In this document: in pieces, positions 26,936-41,512 of the stretch
Layout of the letters: each line of letters begins with the position of its first letter
Numbering within the stretch: position 1 is the first letter of the stretch
Assembly (NCBI GenBank): GCA_013265495.1
Contig: MU058065.1
Coordinates: 6,138,302 to 6,202,301 of the forward strand
DNA from: Vicugna vicugna
Taxonomy: Eukaryota
Direction of reading: 5' to 3'
DNA length: 64,000 nucleotides
Position numbers and translations under genes: made by a program
The notes under the pieces: generated by a model
What the model was told of the DNA's origin: nothing
Seen by the model: the letters and a program-made list of their open reading frames with translations, nothing else
Databases searched by the model: none

Positions 26936-28419
26936 TGATAGTGTCATGGCAGGAGCCTAGGGAGACAGGGCCCTGTCCCAGTGATGCTGGGTGCTGACCT
27001 GGCGGTCCACAGTCCAGAGCTGGCCGCAAGAGATGCAAGACAGAGCAAGCTGGACAGATGGAGGAAGCCAGGCTGGCAGAGACAGCCTCCCCACTCAGTG
27101 TGGTGCAGAATGGAGGCAGGTGGTGGGACCAGGGGCCAGGGTGTGCCCAGATACCAGCATGCCTGACAAGGAGCCAGGAACCCAGAGGGTCAGAACCCAT
27201 AGCCTGGCTGGAAGTCAGGCCCTTAAGGCACTATGTGCGCTCCTCTCAGGGGGCACAGGCGTCCCCAACCTCTCCCCCAGGGCCCTGAAGCTGGACATTT
27301 GGGGGCAAAGCCAGTCATGAGGGCAAGAATAAACAGAGTGGACTTAATAAAGTGGATTTTCCCAGATTGGCCGCCTGGTTGATTAGAATTGGCAGGCACT
27401 GGGGCCTTGCCCCCTCCCTCAGATCTTGTCAGCATCCCTGTCACTGGCACTGAACCCAGTCATGATGCTTCATATGGTTTCTGTGTGAATGCCAGCATGG
27501 GGTCCCCTGGCTGCAGACTCAGCTCTCCACACTGGCACCATGCAGTGGTCACACTCACAGACCCAGCATACTGAGACCAGGCCCACCTTTTCCTAGTCCT
27601 GATCCCACCTGGGCTTACAGTGGTGACCCCACCCTGACCCTTCCCTTCAGTACTTCCCTGCCAACTGTATCTACTTCAAGTCACATTGACCCTTCACCTG
27701 CAAACATCAGCCCAGTGCCAGCTCCCAGAGTGGCCACTGTCCTTGAACATTCTTGTCCCCCAAACACTGTTCTCAATCCCGCTCACTGATGCCATTGTGT
27801 CCTGTCCCTGCACAAGGACCCAGCTCATGAGTTGAAGATGATGATTTCACCCTTGCCACCGAACCATGCCCTGGCCTGACCCTTCACTCCGAGTTTCCCC
27901 AGGAGTCTGTATTCTCACCACTGGCTGATCCTCCTTTCACTTCTGTAGACTCCAGGGGCCAGTTTTAGGGTGAACTTGGGGTGCCAGTCTGGGAGGGCAA
28001 GTTTTGGGACCATTTGAGCAAGCGGGTGAGAAATAATGGGACATTCAGACCCCAAAGGAGCTAAATGACTTGCTGTCTCCACAAGGCTACAGCTTTCGGG
28101 TGTCAAGTCACAGCTGACTACTGCCTGGCTCTCAGAGTGCTTCATAGGATTGAGAGCAGATGGGGGGTGCTTCACCTGGGCTTCAAGAGGGCCCTTTCCC
28201 TCACACTCACTGGGTCTTGGAGCCCCCAAATGCACCTCTGTATTGGCAAAGCATGAGACTGGGGAGGAGAACAGACGATCACACTGTGGGCTGAGGGTTG
28301 GTTCAAAGCTGTATGGAAAGTGGGGGGCAGGGGACAGGATATTGTGCTGGGCAGGGGCAGCCTGGGAGCAGGAGGCACTCTGGCTGGGCTGGGGAGGGAT
28401 GCTGTGACTAGGAATCTGA

Positions 28420-29118
<699 letters not shown>

Positions 29119-29871
29119 AAGGATCCCTCCACTGCCCTCCCAGAACTGCCCAAATGGATCCAAAGGTCTCCCCGCCAGGAGGGCCCTGGCCCTGGAAGGG
29201 ACCTGGGTGGCGACACTGGTTCCTACCATCTCCTCTACCACAGAGATACATCATTGAGACTTGACTGGGCCATGCCAGCGTCCCCCACCCCCATCTTGGT
29301 GTAGTAACAGAGCTGCAGGCTGAGCAGCCAATGGGCTGTGGTCTCCTCTTCTACCCTAGAGACCAGTGGGTCCCAACCCAGTCAGCTCTCACTACGATTT
29401 TTCATACCTGCCTCCCTCAATGGAGAGGGCTCATTCCATCCATCTTAGGCCCCTCTTAGGTGGGCTTGCACCTCAGTTGATGCTGCTAGATTCCCTGGGA
29501 GCCAGCAGGGAGCTGGCTGGACTCAATGCTGCCCGGAACTGAGAAGGCTGTAGGGTGGGGCAGCCAGCCTGGCCATCCTGAGGCATGATCTTCCTTTCTG
29601 GCCACACTCCTCAAGACACACCCACAGACTGTCGCAGTCAGTGTACAGAATTCTGTGTTCCAGCCAATGTGATCATGGTGCCCAGGACCGGGGGAGTGGG
29701 CTAGATGTCCTGCCCACCCTTGCCCACCCCTACCCAGGCCATATGCTCCCTCTTCTGCTGAACCATGACCCCCACCCCTCCTCCGGTCAGTCTCCCCCAC
29801 CTTATTTATTGGCGCCGAGGGGAAATCCATGGGAAAACTTGGGGGATGTTTTGCTCTTTTCTTCCTTTTGT

Positions 29872-29877
29872 AATAAA
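29872..29877 (+). terminator. IHH: IHH polyadenylation signal AATAAA
   Basis: AATAAA about 750 nt after the stop codon, preceded by a U-rich tract. Confidence 0.8.
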
Positions 29878-30342
29878 AGTTATTTAAGTTGTTAGAGCCA
29901 TAGAGTCCAGGATGCTGCATAGGGCCAATCCACAGATAGTTTGGAGCCATGAGTGGGTCTGTCCAGGGGTGTGCTTAACCTTCCTCCAAGGACAAAACCC
30001 CCAAAGCTCCCACCCTCTCTGCAGGCCCTTTCTTACCCAGTAGGTCTATAAAGTCTCAACAGAGAACTGTGCCCTGTGCCAGGTAAGGCCTTGAATGTTC
30101 ACCTGAAAGTTTGCCCTAAACACGGTTAGACCACAGAGAGAACTGATGTAATCAGTCCATGGTCACTTCATTCACCTAGAACCATCTCCTTGTACCCTAG
30201 TTAAGGTGCTTTTCCTGCTTATTCCAGTCCTTCTCAGGGCCTGGGTTTCTGATTTTTCACTGTGGATAATGAATTGTGATCTGAAGAGATTCTGTAGAAT
30301 TCACAGCTGCCTTATGGCCCATCCTGACTTCTTAGATAATCT

Positions 30343-30512
30343 AGCAGTTCTCAAACCTCAGAATCACCTGGGCAGCTTGTTTAAAAATGATTCCTGGTCC
30401 CACTTCCAGGATTCTGCTTTAATAGATTCAGATCAAGGCCCAGGACCTTATTTTCACAAATACCCCAAACATGGAAGATGGCCCATGGACCACATTTTAA
30501 GAAACATTGCGT
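30343..30512. mobile_element. MER5-like hAT-Charlie MITE
   Basis: cagttctcaaac...cagaatcacctgggcagcttgtttaaaaatg...ggaccacattttaagaaacattg. Confidence 0.65.
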
Positions 30513-30969
30513 AGTCTAAAGGACACCAGTTTATTGCCAAGACAGGATGGATTCCCCTCCCTCTTCTTCATTTTCTCTTGGTTTCTGCAACCCAAGGCAG
30601 GTTTTTCTGTACTCATTGTAGATCAGCTGAGATCCCCAGGTCCATTGATACAATTGTTAAATTTTTAGGAATATCATGAGGCAGTTGAAATAGGCCATGG
30701 TGGGAGTATTTACACCATAGGAATTGGCATAGACTACAAATTAGGGCTTCCCTGACCACGGAGAGCCATTTGCTACAGCACATTTCTCCCCATGTTCAAT
30801 CCTATTGCGGAGATTTCTGTGTTGGAAGTGAGGGGGTGACTGTTCAGGCCCTTGCCTTACCCATTCCCCCCTCCATGGAGGAAAACTCCAGAGAAAAAAC
30901 TTCATTGCTTGGAGACTGTGTCATCTAGGAAGAATAGCCCCTCCCCCTCCTCCAGAGGCTATGATGACA

Positions 30970-31205
30970 ACTGCTATCATTTAATGAAGACTAACCTTTG
31001 CCAGGCATTGTTCTAAGCACTTTACATGTAACCCCCACTTAATTTTCATAACAACCCTATGTGGTATATACTGTAATATTACCATTTTCCTGATGAGAAC
31101 ACAGAAGCACAGGGAGGTTAAGTAACTTGCAAGATTCTATAGCAAGCGACAGAAACAGGATTTGAACCCTTGCCTCTGGCTCTGGTCCACTGTTCTTACC
31201 ACAAG
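30970..31205 (-). mobile_element. MIR SINE
   Basis: ccaggcattgttctaagcactttacatg...gggaggttaagtaacttgc...ggatttgaaccc. Confidence 0.75.
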
Positions 31206-33104
31206 GCCTGTCCCTTGGTGAACTTGGGTCCTTTCCAGAAGGTACTCTCATCATTTCAGGACCAGAAATCTGCTTTGTCTGACCATCTAGAGTGGTCTCA
31301 TCACTTTGTGGCAGACTCTCATGGACCAGGCTTGCAGGGACCAGAACATCTATGAACTCATTTGTAGTGAGAAAGTGAGGCTTTCCCCTAAAGGGGTCAA
31401 TTTGCCTCTCCTACAGGGTCTGGGCACACTTTGTCCTGCAGACACAGAGCCATTTGGTGTCCCTAGACCTTTCTGTTCTATATGAGCCTCCTCAGGAAAC
31501 ACATTTATTCTTCAGACAGAGATGGCTGCCAAAGAGTCAGAATTCAGACTCTCAAAAGACCAACCTCAAAGGTGGCAGGGAGCAGCACAGGGAGACGTAC
31601 GTCCACACTATATGCTGAGTGTTGTGGCTGACATCTCACAGGGGCAATGGGAGTAATGCTGGGAACTAAGAAGACTTCAGAGGCAAGGATGCTGCAGGTC
31701 AGGCAAGGAGGAGTTTGCACAGCAGGTAAGTAAAGGAAGGGATCCAGGCTGAGGATACAGTAAATGCAAAGACTCGAAAGAACCAGCATCAGGTCAACGT
31801 CTCAAAGCTATCTGGAGCAGGTGGGGTTGGCAAAACTGATGTAGAGATGTGGCAGGGATCAGATGACACAGAGGTTTGTGTTCCCTGCATTTGAGCTTTA
31901 TTCTCAGGGCTTGGGGGAAGATGGAAGGAAGAGGGGAGTGATGAACAGTGGTGGAGATGGAATGTGTAATGACCAGGGACTTCCTGGAAGTAGTTTGGGC
32001 CTAGACATATGTGACTTGGGCCAGAGTAGGTGGATGGGTCATTGGGAGCAGAGGCATGGAGGAGAAGTGCAGGGTACTTTCAAGGACTGGGAGCCAGTGC
32101 GACTGGGGCTAAACGGTACCAGGAGAGAAAATGGAAGTTGGAGAGGGGAAACGCTGTGCCCCATAAAGTGGGTGGAGGTGAGGGCCTGGTGGGAAGTACT
32201 GGAAACACCCCAGAGAAGGAACAGAGGCCCTCAGTGGGGAGCACAGTCCCTGCTCCCCACCTCAGATGGTGCCCCTGCCGCAGGAAAACCTCTGGCAAGG
32301 GTTGGCGGTGGCAACTCTCCCAACTCATGCCCTCTGTCCCCGGGTGGAGCATGCCTCCTGGGGCTCGGGCCCACATCCCACACCCTAGACTAGTTCTCAA
32401 AGCCTCTTTGTTACACTGGGCCTAGCTGTGGCCAGCCTGGATCTGATAAGGCCAGGTAGGGCAGATAGCAGCCCCACCCTGCTAGCCTGCACTGCCTTAA
32501 GCCACACCCAAGCTGCCTCGCACGCACATATCTTCTGCCCCAGGTGAACATAGACATAGGGGGCTTCCCACCCTGGTTAGTGTTGGGGAGCCTCAACCTC
32601 TGGCTGGCCCTCCCTGCAGTCCATTTAAGACCCCTCTAATGTACATGCAGAAGCAAGATAAAGGAATTATCCCCCATTCTAGAGGTAAATAAACTGTCTC
32701 CAAGAGGGAAAAATGATCTGTCCACAGTTATTTCTTCCACAACCAGGAGCATCAGTTGCTAAGTCTGCTATTTACATTATCTCCTTAAATCCTAATGTCC
32801 TGTGAAGTGAAATTATACCCAATTCCTACCTTGCAGAAAAGAAACTGAGGCCCAGAGAGGTGAAGTCACTCTCCCAAGGTCACACAGTAGCTGAGTCCAG
32901 ACCAGAACTCAGGTCCCCTGCAGCAGCAAACTGAAGGAGGTGGGAACTGATGAGTTACCATCCCGGAGGAATGAGAGGAAAGCACTCTCAGCCTCAACCA
33001 AAAAGATCTGATGAGGCTGGGAGTGGCCAAGAATCTTTCAGGAAGCTGGTCCCAGAAAAAAATTGTTCTACATGCTGTGAAATGATCTCATTTTGATGGG
33101 AGTG

Positions 33105-33510
33105 GCAATGGTTAATATATGTCCACAAATTATTTGCCACTCCTCTCCCCTTGAATCTGGCCTAAGGCTAGGTCAGAAAAGGTCACGTCGCTTCTGCCTG
33201 CTTCTACCCTGAGATTGCCAAGCTGGAAAGGCTATGGATGGGTGTTTCCAGCCGTAGCCTAGCTGAGCTCCCCACTGACAGCCAGCATCAAGGGTCAGCC
33301 ATGTAAGTGTGCCATCTTGGATGTGCAGTCCAGTGGAGCCTCCAGAAAGATGCAGCCCTGGCCAACATCTGAATGCAACTGCATGAGAGAGTCCAAGCGA
33401 GAACTGCCTTGCCAAGCCCTTCCTGAATTCCTGATCCACAAAATCATAAGCAAAATAAAATGGTTGCTTGGAACCTTGGAACCTTGATATAATTTCTTAC
33501 ACAGCAATCA
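33105..33510 (+). mobile_element. MaLR (MLT1-type) solo LTR
   Basis: gacagccagcatcaa...gccatcttggatgtgcagtccagtggagcc...aactgcatgagaga...cctgatccacaaaatcataagcaaaataaaatggttg is typical of MLT1. Confidence 0.75.
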
Positions 33511-34289
33511 TAACCACAACAAAGGGCAAAGAGGGGGTGGGAACTGATGAAAGCATCTCCTGAGGCTTTCCAGAAGACTTTAATACACTTTTAAACAAAA
33601 GCTTTCTAAAAATGGAGCATGCATGAGGTGGTGCCTTTTCATCTTCTAATGGGGTAGTGAGAACACACACTGACTTGGAATAAACTCGAGGCAGATAGAG
33701 AAGGAGACAAAGCGGAGGGTTGGATAAGCACATGTCTCCACACTCAATTGACTGAAAGGATGTTATATATCTGCTCTGGTAGTGGGATCTCTGGTGATAG
33801 CGAACTCTTGGAGGAGTGACAAGCCTTCTGGAAAGAAGGAAGCTCAAGGATCTGGGTAGTGGGCAGCAAGGAGTTATACATGGTCAAGAAGGAAGGCTGT
33901 TAGAGATTTAAAAAAACCCAAATGTTTGATGTTGAAAAAAGTGCTCAAAGTTTGTGGCCAGACCTGAGAAAGGGCAGGACATTTCCGTGGACAATTGCTG
34001 GCCACATTTTCTCAGAGTGCCCATACAAGCAGAAGCTTGCAGGGCCTTGGCAAGAAGGTCCATGAAAATAAACTAGAAGTACTCTTTTACCCTCATAAAC
34101 TCCAGGTGTGTCTGCATCTGGCTTATGCACACATGTCTGAATGCCTAACTTAAGAAAACTTAGAGGGAGGTGACCAGGCAGGTCATAAGGAATGGGTACA
34201 GCTCAGGGGATTGGTTGAGAGTGTATGGGCGGATATGTTATGACAGGTTTCTTGGTTTTGAACTTACGGCTAGAGAAGCAAAAGATGGG

Positions 34290-34820
34290 AACCATCAAAA
34301 TCTAATAAAGAGGGGGAAATAGCAAGTTTACAGTGGAGAATCCTGGCAGACACCACTTTAGCCACATGATCAAAATTAACATCACCAGTAGTATATATTT
34401 GCATGATACCATGCATTGAGAAGGGCCTATCACCTCTGTGTAATGCTTCCCAATAATGCACACCTTGTTCTAATCATGACAAACAAACCCAGAATTGAGG
34501 CGTATTCTACAAATAATTGACAGTACTCTTCAAAAGAGTCAAGGTCAGGAAAGACTCAGGAAATGCCCCAGGTGGGATCCAGGATTGGATACTAAAACAG
34601 GAAAAGGACATTAGTGGACAAACTTGTGAAATCTAAATAAATTCTATACTTTTCTTAATAGTATTTTTCATACCGACATTAATTTCTTTCTGATAGATGT
34701 CCTATGGTTATGTAAGATGTTAACCTAAGGGGAAACTGGGTGAAGAGTTTATGAGAACCATCTGTACTATTTTTGTGTACATCCAAAATTAACCCAAAAT
34801 TTTAAAAAAGAAAAAAAAAC
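34290..34820 (+). mobile_element. Old L1 (L1M-type) 3' end
   Basis: ggattggatactaaaacaggaaaaggacattagtgg...ggggaaactgggtgaagag..., ending in a poly(A) at ~34804-34819. Confidence 0.7.
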
Positions 34821-36338
34821 TAATAAAAACAGAATCTAATTGGCCAGAGCTGGGCTTCCATACCATCCTTTAAGTCCAAGCCAACTTCCACAACCAAAGG
34901 AGGCTGTCTGCACTGAGCTGGTGGTCATGTTATAACACCTTTACTTAAGAGAGGACCCTGGTCAGAAATTGATTCGTAAGGATATGAAGAATTAAACAGG
35001 ATGGAAAGTCACAGAATAATGGTGTTCATTTATTCAGAACATATAATGATCCAGGCACTGTGCTAAGTTCTTTAAATCTTTTCTCCCACTTAAACCTCGC
35101 AACCTTTGAGGTAGCTGTTAAAGTTTTCTTTGTTTGCAGAAGAGGAGGCTGGGTCTTATAGAAATGAAGAAACAAGATCAAACACCTGAGAGCTGGTGAG
35201 ATTGGAATTAAAATCCACTCTGCTTTACTCCAGAACTTCTTAACCACTCCATTGTACTGTCCTCTCAGGGATGACCTGATTTCAATTCATATTTCAGGGC
35301 TTCTGCACTGGGGTGGGTGAGAGAAGAGGAGCTAGAAGGCAGGAGGAAGGGGATGGCCTAGTCAGCTGGAGCTGTCCATGGTGCTGGTCAGAGGGACGTG
35401 GAGCTGGAGAGCCTGTAAAATACGGTGTAGGGGAGCTGGGAGAGCTAACACAGAGAAGGAAGCTGCTCAGACTAGAAGGAAAGATCAGTGAGACGTGGTG
35501 ACAGATCCTCTACCAATGAGGATGAACTAGAGGGAGAGACACTTTAAATTTTGACTTAAAATAGACATTTATAGATAGGATTTATCCTCAGATCTCACTT
35601 GCAACCGACACTACCCAGTATAGCTATACTCGTTGTTAAAATCCAGAAATACTTTGACACTAGTTGGTAAATAATAACTGAGTTCTCCACTGCTGTGGCT
35701 GCCCTCCCAGTCCCCTCTCCACACCACCAGTCTTCCCCACGAGCCAACATCTAAAGGGTGGCACAATGTGGGCTCCCGGGACACAGCTCTGGCTCTAAGG
35801 TCCCTAGTGTCCATTCTCATAGGTCAGTACCCATACCCCACCAATTGTTAAGTGTTTTGAATATTAACTTGTTTGCTCCCATTTTACAGATTGGGGAAAG
35901 TGATGCTCTGGAATGTTTAACAATCTGCCTGAAATTGCTCAACTCTTAAATGGTAGAATCAGGACTTGAACTCAGCCTTTTGGGATTAAGCCTCATGTCC
36001 TTTTCCCTCCATCCCTCTACTGTTGGCCTGTGTGCTTATTCACCATTTGGTGGGGACAATAAATAGAGATAGCAAGTTATATAGGGGTTTTGGGTTGGTA
36101 CAGGAGAGTTATAAAACTCATGGGGGTCCCAGACAGAATGAAACTCTTTCCTTTGAATTCTCTTGCCATATGGCAGACTCCTCCCTAGCCTCTTGACACT
36201 TTTCAGGCTGGAGGTGCCGTCAATCTCTTGATACACTCTCCCTACCCCCAGCAATTTTAGGGGACCATAGCACTTTAATCAGAGAGTGCTCTAAGCCTGC
36301 TTCTAGATACAGCCTTGAAACACCCCAGTGGCCCTCTT

Positions 36339-36649
36339 TTTTTCTTTAACTTGAAGTATAGTCAGTTTATAATGTTGTGTCAATTTCTGGTGTACAGCAT
36401 AATGTTTCAGTCATACATATACATACATATATTCCTTTTCATTACAGGTTATCATAAGATATGGAATATAGCTCCCTGTGCTATACGGTATAAACTTAGT
36501 ATTTATCTATTTTATATATAGTAGTTGGTATCTGCAAAGTTAAAACTCCCAATTTATTCCTTCCCACCCCCATCCCCCCCTGGTAACCATAAGTTTGCTC
36601 TCTATATCTGTGAGTCTGTATCTGTTTTGTAAATATGTTCATTTGTGTC
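36339..36649 (-). mobile_element. 5'-truncated L1 3' end
   Basis: Poly(T) then ttgaagtatagtcagtttataatgttgtgtcaatttctggtgtacagc.... Target-site duplication ccag(t/g)ggccctctt at 36325-36338 and 36650-36663. Confidence 0.8.
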
Positions 36650-37105
36650 CCAGGGGCCCTCTTAACTACGATCTTCTCTCACTCTTCCCCTGTCAGGCTG
36701 GGCTTAGAAGATTTACCCTACTAATTTTGGAGGTCAGGAGCTTCTGTGGGAGGATCCACCTTCTCATCTTCCTCCCCTAGATCTTGGTATGTAGACTTGA
36801 TTTCAGAACCAACACTGGAAAGGGAGTCAGAGTTGCAGGGGAAGGAAAATGGGAGAGGGCTTTACAGGTACTGAAAATAGGTTGACTTGCCAACTGGACT
36901 GCAGATCACTCTGGCATCTCTTTTTGTCTTTCTTCACCCTGGAGTAGCAAGGCAGCCTCTTTCTTGAAAAAACAAAAGAGGAGGATGTAGAGAGGAGAAA
37001 AACTTCCCACCTCTCCAGTGTGCAGCAGAGAGGCTGGAAGGTGGTAGGAGGGGAGGGTAGGAGTGGCAAAATTATAGGGCCTTCCCACTTGATGAGTGAC
37101 CTTCC

Positions 37106-37132
37106 TGTGTGTGTGTGTGTGTGCGTGTGTGT
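37106..37132. repeat. (TG)n microsatellite
   Basis: tgtgtgtgtgtgtgtgtgcgtgtgtgt. Confidence 0.9.
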
Positions 37133-39099
37133 CTACCTTTGTTGATTGCCTACCATGTGTCAAATACTTTACACATAACTAATTACTCAATTCCTACATC
37201 AGCATTTTGATAATTATCCCCATGTAAAAGATGAGGCTCAGAGAGGTCATGGAACTTACCCCTGGTCACATGGCCAATAAGTGGCAGTCAGGGTTAATCT
37301 CAGGTCTGACTGATTTCCCAGCCCAGAATTTTATGGGAGATTTGGGGTTATAGGGGAAAAGTTTAGAAAAGACATTTTTGTGTATGCTGAAGCCCAAATC
37401 ACTGAGTTTACTTTATCTTTATTACGTCTGCCACCCCCCCAACACCCCCACTTCCAGCCAGGAGGATTGGAGTCTGTTTTCTACCCATCCTCCTTCCTCC
37501 CTTTCTCCCACATCCTAGTTCTCATCAATTTCCTGAATCATCACCCACCCTTGTTTATAGCCTTGAACAAAACAGCACCTCGTTGTCTTTCTTGGGTCCA
37601 TAGAGGATACAGTCACCAGGACCCAGCACCCATTATTTCCCACTGGTTCTGGGATCCTGAAATGAGGGACTTCTGAGGTAAACCCAGCTTCCTCTTCCCT
37701 CCTCAGGTTCAACCCTTTGCCACATCCCCTTTCATGCTGTTTGCTTCCTGGGGCAAAGTCCAGCTTGGGCCTCTCCCTGGGAGTCTACCATGCCAGTAAA
37801 GGTCATTCACCAGCAGAGCTCCCAGGAGGCACTCAGAATCCCACAGAAGTGGAGCCACATGGGTCCTACTAAGAATCCCCTCTCACTGTCCCAAGCCCAG
37901 AATCCACCAAGGTTCAGGCAGACCAGAGCTTTGCAGGGACACTCCTTCACTGAAGAGGCGTAGGGACATGTGGCTCCTAGGGTGGGCTTTTCCAACTCTT
38001 TGGGGTCTTCTCGCTGGGATTCCTGAAGCCACCACCAAGCCTTGTTCCCAGAATCACTGATCCCCTATTCCTTTTTGGCCTAAGAATAAACAAACAGATC
38101 CCTTTTCCTATTACTAAGGTCCAGCTGAGTCAGGCTGAACATTTCAAAAAGAGCTTAGAGGAAAACAAAAAGGAAATCATTATACTACAAACAATGTAAA
38201 AGTGGTAATGTCCAAAGTGCAGATTTCAGATTCTGAGAATAATGTTAAAACTAGTGAAAAGCTCACTGAGTTCCACATTCCTTGATCCCAAGAAAACTCC
38301 AGAGCTAATTGTGCTGGCATAATCTAGTGGGTCCCCTGTCCTGCCTCTTCCCTCCAATCTGGCCAGCCTCTGGCCATGTGATCTCCCAGGCCAACTTATG
38401 TGACTTTGTCATCATATTCTTTCAGCTTTCACAAGTAAATTCCAACTTCCCCAAAATAAGAGTTTATTTTCTGGGTTTATCCCTTCAGTCTCTAAGATCT
38501 ATCCCCCAACACCCACCTCCATCACTGTCCTGGGTAGGGAAACATCTTTAATTGCCCATAAATGAACTTTGAGATTTTCAGCTTCACCCACCTTAGGAGA
38601 CTTCATCAAATGAGACTTCCCACCAAAGGACATAAGAACAAATGAACCGATGGGCTTCTAAAAATTCGTATTATGTGTAACTGCCTTCTTCATACATTCA
38701 CCTTCAGATCCCTTCAAAAGAGTTAGCTTCCTGCTGGGCAGGAGGAAATGCCAGGAGAAAACTCCTAGGACACATTCTTTTCCATCTGCAAAAGGAATTC
38801 GTTTGCAAAGCAACACGCAAACAAGAAATAACTACGGACTGCTTTTAAGTTAACAATTGCAATCCCCGAGTGAAGTTCCGGTTGAGATTCTGACCCTATG
38901 TCACCCAGGCGTATCGAGAAAGAACAGCAGCTATTCCCACTCGTGTGACAAGTTCTTGGAGAAGCGTCCTCCGAATTTGGTCGTCAACTAAAGTACGATT
39001 GTGGGGACGTCACAACTATGTCTCGACTGGTAGAAGCCAGTTACTACTAGCAGGGAAAGTCTGAGAATAAAAATAAGGTACGCATTAAAGTTGGGCCGT

Positions 39100-39345
39100 G
39101 CTTTCGCCTTCATGACTCATGAAGTGTAGCCGTCGTTGCCCTGGGATACCGGGAGACGCCATGCCCCGCGCGTCCTGTATCTATAGAGACGACAACATGG
39201 CGGCGGTGTGAGTTCAGAGCGTTGGTTCCAGGACCAGGGAAGCGGCTCGAGAGGCCAGGAAAGGTATCCGTCCTGGGAGGCCGTCTCCTTTGGGAAGTCG
39301 TGGCCAGGGGTCCCCTCCATGTCCTTCAGGTTGCCCTGTGGGACT
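39100..39345 (+). promoter_or_regulatory. CFAP65: CFAP65 promoter and probable non-coding exon 1, with RFX X-boxes
   Basis: CpG-rich. X-box-like GTTGCCCTGGGATAC (39135-39149), GTATCTATAGAGAC (39177-39190) and GTTGCCCTGTGGGAC (39330-39344). YY1-like AACATGGCGGC (39194-39204). Donor AAG|gtatcc at 39263/4. Confidence 0.7.
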
Positions 39346-40071
39346 GAAACTTGGACGAGATCAGCCTGGGGATCTCAGAGAAAGGAGGAAGAGCTCTAAG
39401 TATATTTTACCCCTTCATTTTACCTATTTCTTCCTCCCTCTACTCAACGACCTGCCACTTTTTCCCCTGATCATCTTAAGGACTTTTAGGTTGGAAATTA
39501 GGTAAATAAAGGGAGCTGTTGATATATTTTTAAAGATCCTCAAGATTAGAAAAATGGATAAAAACAACACCTCCCTTTCCCAGTGTCCTTACAATGATTA
39601 CAGATGTGTGAGTCTTTTGAAAGAGGAGAATGGGCTAGTGTGGAAGTTATCATTGTTAATTATAGTAACATAGGTTTAGCTAGGGCTTTTTCTAATCCTT
39701 TATTTCATTCAAGCTTCACATCAACTTTGTGAAATAGGACAACCCTCATTCTGCAGGTAAGGAGCCTGAGGCTCAGGGAGATGGAGAAACTTGCCCATCT
39801 CAAACGAATCTGAGTAGATTCTGGAACCCAGCTTTTCTTGTCCCAGGACCAGTGCTCGCTTCCCTAAGCCCCAGGACCTTGAGACGGACGAGCTTTCTAC
39901 CTTGTTGTCTCTCATTTCTCCTACATGTGTTGATCGGAAATTATTTCAGAGTGCTGAGGCAAGGGGTATCTGTAGACTTCCCTAAGGTCAGAGGCATGAA
40001 TGAGGCAGGGAAGTACTACAAAGTTGTCCAGTAGCAGAAAAGTAATGGGATCGTCCTCTCTATCTCCCCAG

Positions 40072-40117
40072 GTTGCATTTCTTTGATTCCATCTGAACGT
40101 CCTCTTCACAGTTGAAG
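40072..40117 (+). other. CFAP65: CFAP65 probable 5'UTR exon 2
   Basis: Polypyrimidine tract with ccccag| and AAG|gtagga, 46 nt. Confidence 0.55.
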
Positions 40118-41057
40118 GTAGGAGCTTTGCCTGTCCTGTCTGGTGCTTAACACTGGTACACAGCACTCAGTAAATGCCTTGTAAATGAATGAATAGGTGA
40201 ATGTAAGATAGTTCCCTCCAGAGGATTTGGACATGTTACCAATTAGGAAAAAGTGAATCAACAGAATCTTTTTGTTCTGGAATGAGTGGCGGGGAAGGGA
40301 TGGGAGAGTGTCTGATAGAAGCAAGGAAATTTCTAAAGAGTGACCATAAACTTGTTTACTAAAGCATGATATGTTGTAATAAGGAGCCCCAGACTTGAAA
40401 AGAGATAATTTTATGCCAAATAAAAGACAATTCACATCTAATCATAAATTGTTATAAGGATTAAAATACCTGTGAAGGACTTACAACACTGCTTGGCACG
40501 TGATAAGTTCTTAGTAAATGTTTTTGGAAGTTGTTATTATTCTTGAGATTGTTACTCAAAGAGGAGGGGAGGAATACCAAATAGTCTTAAAAATATACAT
40601 ATGTTCAAAAGAGTATTACATTGATGCTGTTCAATATGGTACCCACAGTTCAGTGTGTGTGCTGAAGGAAGCCTGCTAAAGGAAGGGGGATTTGAGGAGA
40701 TGGAGCCAGAGTCAGTTTGGGACCCTTGTGTGTCCCCTAGAGCAGGGCCAAGCACCCCTTTGAGCATTTGGTGAAAGCTGTGGACACTCCCTGGAAAAGA
40801 GCACATGTCCATACCCATGACATTTTGCGTATAATTTGCCTATAACATTTACATATATATTTGAATATAATTTCCAGCTGCAATCTATCAATGGATCCCT
40901 TTGCTTTAGAGGTTGATTCATTTATCCTTGCATTGAGTCATTAATTCAGTGAATGCCTACTTTAAACTTGGACTACAGATCATGTCCTGATAGAAGAAAC
41001 CCAGAACCCTCCAGTCTCATTTGCCTCTTCTTTGTCCTTTATTCCTCTTTTTTACAG

Positions 41058-41104
41058 AAGGCAACACACATTCAGAGGAAACAGATAGTAAAAGCCAGAT
41101 AAAG
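41058..41104 (+). other. CFAP65: CFAP65 probable exon 3 (non-coding here)
   Basis: ttttacag| ... AAG|gtaatg. One frame reads ETDSKSQIK, like the human CFAP65 N-terminus as recalled, but no in-frame ATG was found upstream. Confidence 0.5.
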
Positions 41105-41512
41105 GTAATGCATATGTTTCAGTAACACTCACTGGGGGCTTGCTGAGAAATGCCAAGTGTGGCTGTGGAGAGCAGGGCTGCAGGGGTCTCATCCCCAGTT
41201 CCCTTTTCCAGGCACCTTTCCTGAATGGTGAGTCTCTAGGTTCCCAGGAAAAGCCCTAGATCTTGTACTCAGGCTTATTCCTCATGGTACCACTTCACAA
41301 CTGTTGCCAGAGCTCGGAAGCAGGCACTTGTCTCTGACGTTGATAGCCACGGCGAGTCTACTCCATTGGTCTCTCTTTTTCATGTCCCTCCTGTCTCCCC
41401 TCTGGTCTCTTCCCAGCTTCCATGTGGCAGGAAGTCCTGGCTTAGCCAGAGTGCTTCCCTTGGACTTGTGTTCCAGGCACCCGATGCTCATCGAGGCAGC
41501 CCTAAGCCTCTA

